Source: an uncultured Thermofilaceae archaeon (GTDB taxonomy: Archaea; Thermoproteota; Thermoprotei; Thermofilales; B69-G16). From it: a stretch of DNA of 64,000 nucleotides. Below, one piece after another: positions 59,955 through 64,000 of the stretch. The stretch is taken from contig CAZCTW010000006.1 of assembly GCA_964501905.1 (NCBI GenBank), positions 4,311-68,310 on the forward strand, read 5' to 3'. The notes beneath the pieces were generated by a model. The model had not been told where the DNA came from. It worked only from the letters and a program-made list of their open reading frames with translations, and searched no databases. The number at the start of each line of letters is the position of its first letter. The stretch's first letter is position 1. Position numbers and translations under genes: made by a program.

Positions 59955-61097
59955 ATGGCTGAAGAAAGGATCCTACTTAAAGCCAGTATTCTATACCTGA
60001 TATTCTACACGTGCCGCTTTAACTTCTTCTCAATAATGCCTATAGTAGCTAAAGACCTAAAATTAACTTACGAAAGTCTAGCCTTCATATCTTCAACTCT
60101 CTTCATTGGATACGCGCTTACTCTGATACCCTCAGGTTTCCTCGCCGATAAATACGGTCCAAGTATTATTTTATTATCTGGATCGATCATCTCTTCGTTG
60201 GCAAATATTCTTATAGCAATAACCGGTGACGAATTTTTACTGAGAGGCTTAATGTTTATAAATGGACTGGGGCAAGGCATGGGGTGGGCTCCGTTAGTAA
60301 AGTTAATTTCATTAAAGATAGATAAAAGCAGAGTCGGCTTAGCTATAGGAATTCTGATGAGTTCGGCTATGATAGGTCCATCTATAGCCTATATAGTAGC
60401 CAGTTTTATCGCATCCTTCCTAAATTGGCGATTTTCCTTAATAATACCAGCAATAATTTTCTTAATGTACAGCTTTACCTTTAGAAAGATAAAAGCATCT
60501 ATTCACTCTTCAAAATTAAGGATTGAGGTAGTTAAAGATTTAAATCTGTGGCTTATAGGACTTTCATACTTTTTCTTCTACGCGGTATATAGAGGATTTT
60601 TAGTGTGGATGCCGACTTTTGCATATGAAAAATTAGGCTTACACTTCTTAACTGCCTCGCTCTACTCCAGCGGCTTGTCGGCAATAGGTGCTATAATAGG
60701 CTACGCCGGATATTATATATCCCTGAAGTTTTTTAACGGAGAAATGAAAAGAGTAATAGCATACTCAATGTTATCCGCTATTCCACCATGTATAATACTG
60801 GCTTATACTGGGGGGAATGCCTTAATTTGGCTAACCTTGTTATACTCAATACTTAGCTTACCTCTCTGGCTTTTCTTCATATATCCTCCTAAAATATTCC
60901 CGGCAAACGCCGTCGGAACAGCCACAGGAGTCATAGACACTCTGGGATATATAGGAAATTTTGCAGGTACGCTTATCCTAGGTATACTTTATAACAGTTC
61001 AGAAAGCGGAAGGGAAATCTTCCCCTCAATAATTTTGGCGTTACTTGCCGGTGCCTTAACCTCACTATTTATCAAGGAACAGGGCACAAAAGCTTAA
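59955..61097 (+). CDS. MFS transporter
   Basis: 380 aa with about 12 TM helices. Motif-A-like GFLADKYGPS. The N-terminal YTCRFNFFSIMPIVAKDL resembles organophosphate:Pi antiporter-type MFS proteins. Confidence 0.85.
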   Translation: MAEERILLKASILYLIFYTCRFNFFSIMPIVAKDLKLTYESLAFISSTLFIGYALTLIPSGFLADKYGPSIILLSGSIISSLANILIAITGDEFLLRGLMFINGLGQGMGWAPLVKLISLKIDKSRVGLAIGILMSSAMIGPSIAYIVASFIASFLNWRFSLIIPAIIFLMYSFTFRKIKASIHSSKLRIEVVKDLNLWLIGLSYFFFYAVYRGFLVWMPTFAYEKLGLHFLTASLYSSGLSAIGAIIGYAGYYISLKFFNGEMKRVIAYSMLSAIPPCIILAYTGGNALIWLTLLYSILSLPLWLFFIYPPKIFPANAVGTATGVIDTLGYIGNFAGTLILGILYNSSESGREIFPSIILALLAGALTSLFIKEQGTKA

Positions 61098-61414
61098 ACA
61101 GCATTCCGGTGCACTTGTGCATTCTTTAAGCACCGCCTTCTCTATACGGCGAATTAAAAACTTGTTCGATAAAATCCGAGTTAAAGCATGCGTGGTCATC
61201 TAACAGCGATAATTAAACACCTAGGTTACAAAATTAAAAAACGGAAAAATCAACTCAATTATACTGAACATGAATAGTTAGCCGATTGGTATTTCCCACA
61301 AGTTTTACTTAATAAATAAATTTAACTAATTTACGGAAACATACGAATTCTTTTTATCGAAGGATAGAATTTTCGGAAAATATTGAAAATAAGAAACACG
61401 GCTGACGGCTTTTT

Positions 61415-62494
61415 TTGAGAGTAAAAATTTTATTGGAGTTACGCGGGGTCGAACTTGAGGGCTCCCCCGTGTCTAGGGGAAAACCCCTAGCTATAAAAGT
61501 CGAGGATAACTCCGATCTAATTTTCGCCAATAGAGTTTCAACGCTAAAACTGCGAGTAAAAAACCTGTCTGGAAGAGTTCTAAGAAACATCTACCTAGCC
61601 CCGCCCCCCGATTACCGAGAAGAAAGAGAAGTAAAGGGAAAGTACGGCGATCTACAGCTAATGTGGGGAGGAGGAATTGTAAAAGGCTGCCTAATCATGC
61701 TGCCAAAGGATAGAACCGAGCTAAAACCTGGCGAAGAAGGCATAGCATACTTCTTCGCGTATCCTGAAGGGAGAAAATCGGAGGAAATTCAAACCCCCCT
61801 AGACATCTACATAGAAGACGAAATCGTGGATTGTGAAATAATCAATGTAAAGATAATAAAGGGAGATATTCGAGCCTACGTCTACAGGCCACGCTACGTT
61901 CCACGCATAAACGAGTCAATTCTACCCTTAGTCAAGAAAGTTATAGAGGATTATGGAGTGCCAGACGTAGAGACTCGTGTATGGCCTGTAGGCATGACAA
62001 CCGGAGTTCCAGGTCCTAAGGTTGAAATATTCTTTGAGGATAAGAAAGTAGCGGAAATAACGGGTGATATAGGTAGCGGCTTCATGCACATAGCCAAGAT
62101 AAAAGTCCATAGGAACGTGTTTATAGCCGAAGCCCTGAGCCCCAAGGGGGGACGGAGATGGTACTGGGTTGCTAGAATATGGTTCTTCTGGCTAGATAAA
62201 AACGTTTTCGACGAAGTGCCTGACGGAGAGAGGGTAGAACTGTGGATAAACCCGGAGACAGAGGAAGTAGACTGGCTAATAACAGACGCTCACTGGAAAG
62301 AAGTAGCGTATAGAGGACCGGTGGAATGCGCAGAAGTAAAGATTACAGGAGGTTTACACAAAACTCTCAAATCTAAGCTCACTGGCCTAGTAAAATCCTA
62401 TCATGCGCCTAGAGTAGAAAACATGGAAAGGTATATGATATCGTCCGACAGCCGAGATCCAAGGAAGATTCCTCTCACAGTCCAAGGTATGTAA
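61415..62494 (+). CDS. Hypothetical soluble protein with N-terminal Ig/CARDB-like strand pattern
   Basis: 359-aa ORF with a TTG start directly after a T7 run. STLKLRVKNLSGRVLRNIYL resembles CARDB-type beta-sandwich strands. No signal peptide and no family assignment. Confidence 0.6.
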   Translation: MRVKILLELRGVELEGSPVSRGKPLAIKVEDNSDLIFANRVSTLKLRVKNLSGRVLRNIYLAPPPDYREEREVKGKYGDLQLMWGGGIVKGCLIMLPKDRTELKPGEEGIAYFFAYPEGRKSEEIQTPLDIYIEDEIVDCEIINVKIIKGDIRAYVYRPRYVPRINESILPLVKKVIEDYGVPDVETRVWPVGMTTGVPGPKVEIFFEDKKVAEITGDIGSGFMHIAKIKVHRNVFIAEALSPKGGRRWYWVARIWFFWLDKNVFDEVPDGERVELWINPETEEVDWLITDAHWKEVAYRGPVECAEVKITGGLHKTLKSKLTGLVKSYHAPRVENMERYMISSDSRDPRKIPLTVQGM

Positions 62495-62753
62495 TTGCTC
62501 TATAACGGAAACCGATATTTTCACACATTAAGCCACATATCACAAATATTTTTAGATTAAGAAAATATTTCACTCATTACATAGTGATAATAAAAATCTA
62601 GACCCAGAACTCTAGCCAATTTTTATGATTTCTTTTTTTAATCAAAATGCCTATGTTTATCGCCTATATCTGTAGACAAGTCGTCTACGAACCCCTTATA
62701 ATTTTCAACAATATGCTTTAATATTGATAGAAGATTTTTATCCTGGTGAGAAT

Positions 62754-63221
62754 ATGAATAAAAAAGGTATAAGCCCTGTAATAGCAACCGTAATAATTGT
62801 CGCAGTGGCAATAGCAATAGCCATCGCCGTAGCATTCTGGATGACAGGCATCGTAACGATATTCACAGGACAAGTAGAACAACTACAAGTAGTATCAGCA
62901 ACACCCTCAGGAACGGCCGATAACTATAAAATTGAAATAATAGTTAAAAATGCTGGCACAACATCTGTTACAGTGGACGGAGTATTTGTCACACCCTCGG
63001 ATCTTGCTAGTGGCGCATCGATTAAATGTACTATAGATTCAACTGAGTACACGCCTCCAAGCATAAACGATATAAATACAGGCTCCCAATGTACTATATC
63101 TCCGGGAGGAAGCGCTAAGATAACAATCGAATCCTTAAAAGGCAAGCCAGGTCAAAGTGTTGAAGTAAAGTTGCATACTGCAGCTGGTAAAGAGTACCCG
63201 AAACTGCTAGTTTTACCTTAA
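62754..63221 (+). CDS. Archaeal type IV pilin-like protein (class III signal peptide)
   Basis: MNKKGISPVIATVIIVAVAIAIAIAVAFW is the canonical class III signal and hydrophobic N-terminal pilin domain. A beta-rich body follows (KIEIIVKNAGTTSVTVDGVFV). GGTGAG lies 4 nt upstream of ATG 62754. Confidence 0.75.
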   Translation: MNKKGISPVIATVIIVAVAIAIAIAVAFWMTGIVTIFTGQVEQLQVVSATPSGTADNYKIEIIVKNAGTTSVTVDGVFVTPSDLASGASIKCTIDSTEYTPPSINDINTGSQCTISPGGSAKITIESLKGKPGQSVEVKLHTAAGKEYPKLLVLP

Positions 63222-63234
63222 AATTCCCTCTTTT

Positions 63235-63987
63235 TCAATATTTACCCCTAATACTTACTTTTACCAATATTGCTAATGTCTCATTTCTTGATACAATAAT
63301 TTTTAGAGTATAATCTCCGGCTGTAAGAAATACACACTCGTGTGGGTTAATTTCCTTATTATCTATGAATACTTCATAATTAGGTGTAGTTTTAGTTAAA
63401 AGACCTAGTTCGGAAAAATTAAGTGTGATATTATAGCATCCAGGTTTCTTTATCCTTAAAGTTTGAATTATTTCGACTGAATAATTCATCTTTACTTTTT
63501 TAACAATTAATAATTTTGTTGGTTTGCTTATTGGATAAGGGTATACTCCTTCTGGCATATCTACAATCTCGCCACCAGTTTCTATAGTTAGAAGTTCTGG
63601 ATGAATCGCCGTAACTAAATAGGGATTTTTCTTAATGAACGTATTATGGAGTATTTTTTTATTATTTTTGTAATAAAATACTGTTGTGGATCCATTAAGT
63701 AAATTTACTATTATTCCATTGTAACCTCTTTTTAGCAGGAGTACATTCTCGCCTACCGCATAAGTGCCATAATCGGGTGCGTAAATATATAGGCTACCTT
63801 GTCTCCAGACATGGTACATAGGAAGAGTATCTATAAGTATATAGTCTACGTTTTCTACTTTCCATGCTATGAGTTTCAGGCCTTTCTTTAATTCCGTTTC
63901 ATAGGAATCAGTTCTTATAAGTATATTCTTTCTGGTAATTTCTACTTCAACAGTATGTACTGGCTTTTTATCTAACATTGAATACAT
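63235..63987 (-). CDS. Hypothetical protein (very AT-rich gene, may extend beyond the window)
   Basis: 250-aa ORF convergent with the pilin-like gene. No in-frame stop lies between 63987 and the window end, so the N-terminus is uncertain. Confidence 0.5.
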   Translation of the reverse strand: MYSMLDKKPVHTVEVEITRKNILIRTDSYETELKKGLKLIAWKVENVDYILIDTLPMYHVWRQGSLYIYAPDYGTYAVGENVLLLKRGYNGIIVNLLNGSTTVFYYKNNKKILHNTFIKKNPYLVTAIHPELLTIETGGEIVDMPEGVYPYPISKPTKLLIVKKVKMNYSVEIIQTLRIKKPGCYNITLNFSELGLLTKTTPNYEVFIDNKEINPHECVFLTAGDYTLKIIVSRNETLAILVKVSIRGKY

Positions 63988-64000
63988 AAATATTGTCTCT

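Overview
The window is a compact, almost fully coding stretch of an archaeal chromosome. It most likely comes from a hyperthermophilic member of the Thermoproteota (Crenarchaeota). This is an inference from several observations: K/E/R/I-rich proteins, frequent GTG/TTG starts, 4-nt ATGA gene overlaps, archaeal marker genes (isopentenyl phosphate kinase, ADP-forming acetyl-CoA synthetase, Fap7, aIF-2B-family proteins, Dph6, split PheS/PheT), a C/D-box sRNA, and a tRNA gene with two intervening sequences.

Positions 1-47 kb are mostly housekeeping genes: glnA, pyk, acd, ilvA-ridA, GGPP synthase plus IPK, pheST, an Lhr helicase, hypF and sugar-nucleotide enzymes. Positions 47.4-58.8 kb hold the most unusual block. 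It combines a MoxR AAA+ ATPase, a DUF58 protein and two vWA membrane proteins with an ABC-2 exporter, a PRC-barrel protein and a 1066-aa Ig-repeat surface protein. Positions 58.8-64 kb are visibly AT-richer. They encode a membrane-tethered wHTH protein, an MFS transporter, an archaeal type IV pilin-like protein and unknown proteins.

Other notable items:
- a threonine-synthase homologue that has lost its PLP lysine and is fused to a PadR-type wHTH
- two homopolymer frameshifts only about 450 bp apart
- a decayed gene remnant in a 0.9-kb ORF-free gap
- a 0.37-kb unexplained non-coding segment

No CRISPR array, rRNA, transposase or integrase was seen.
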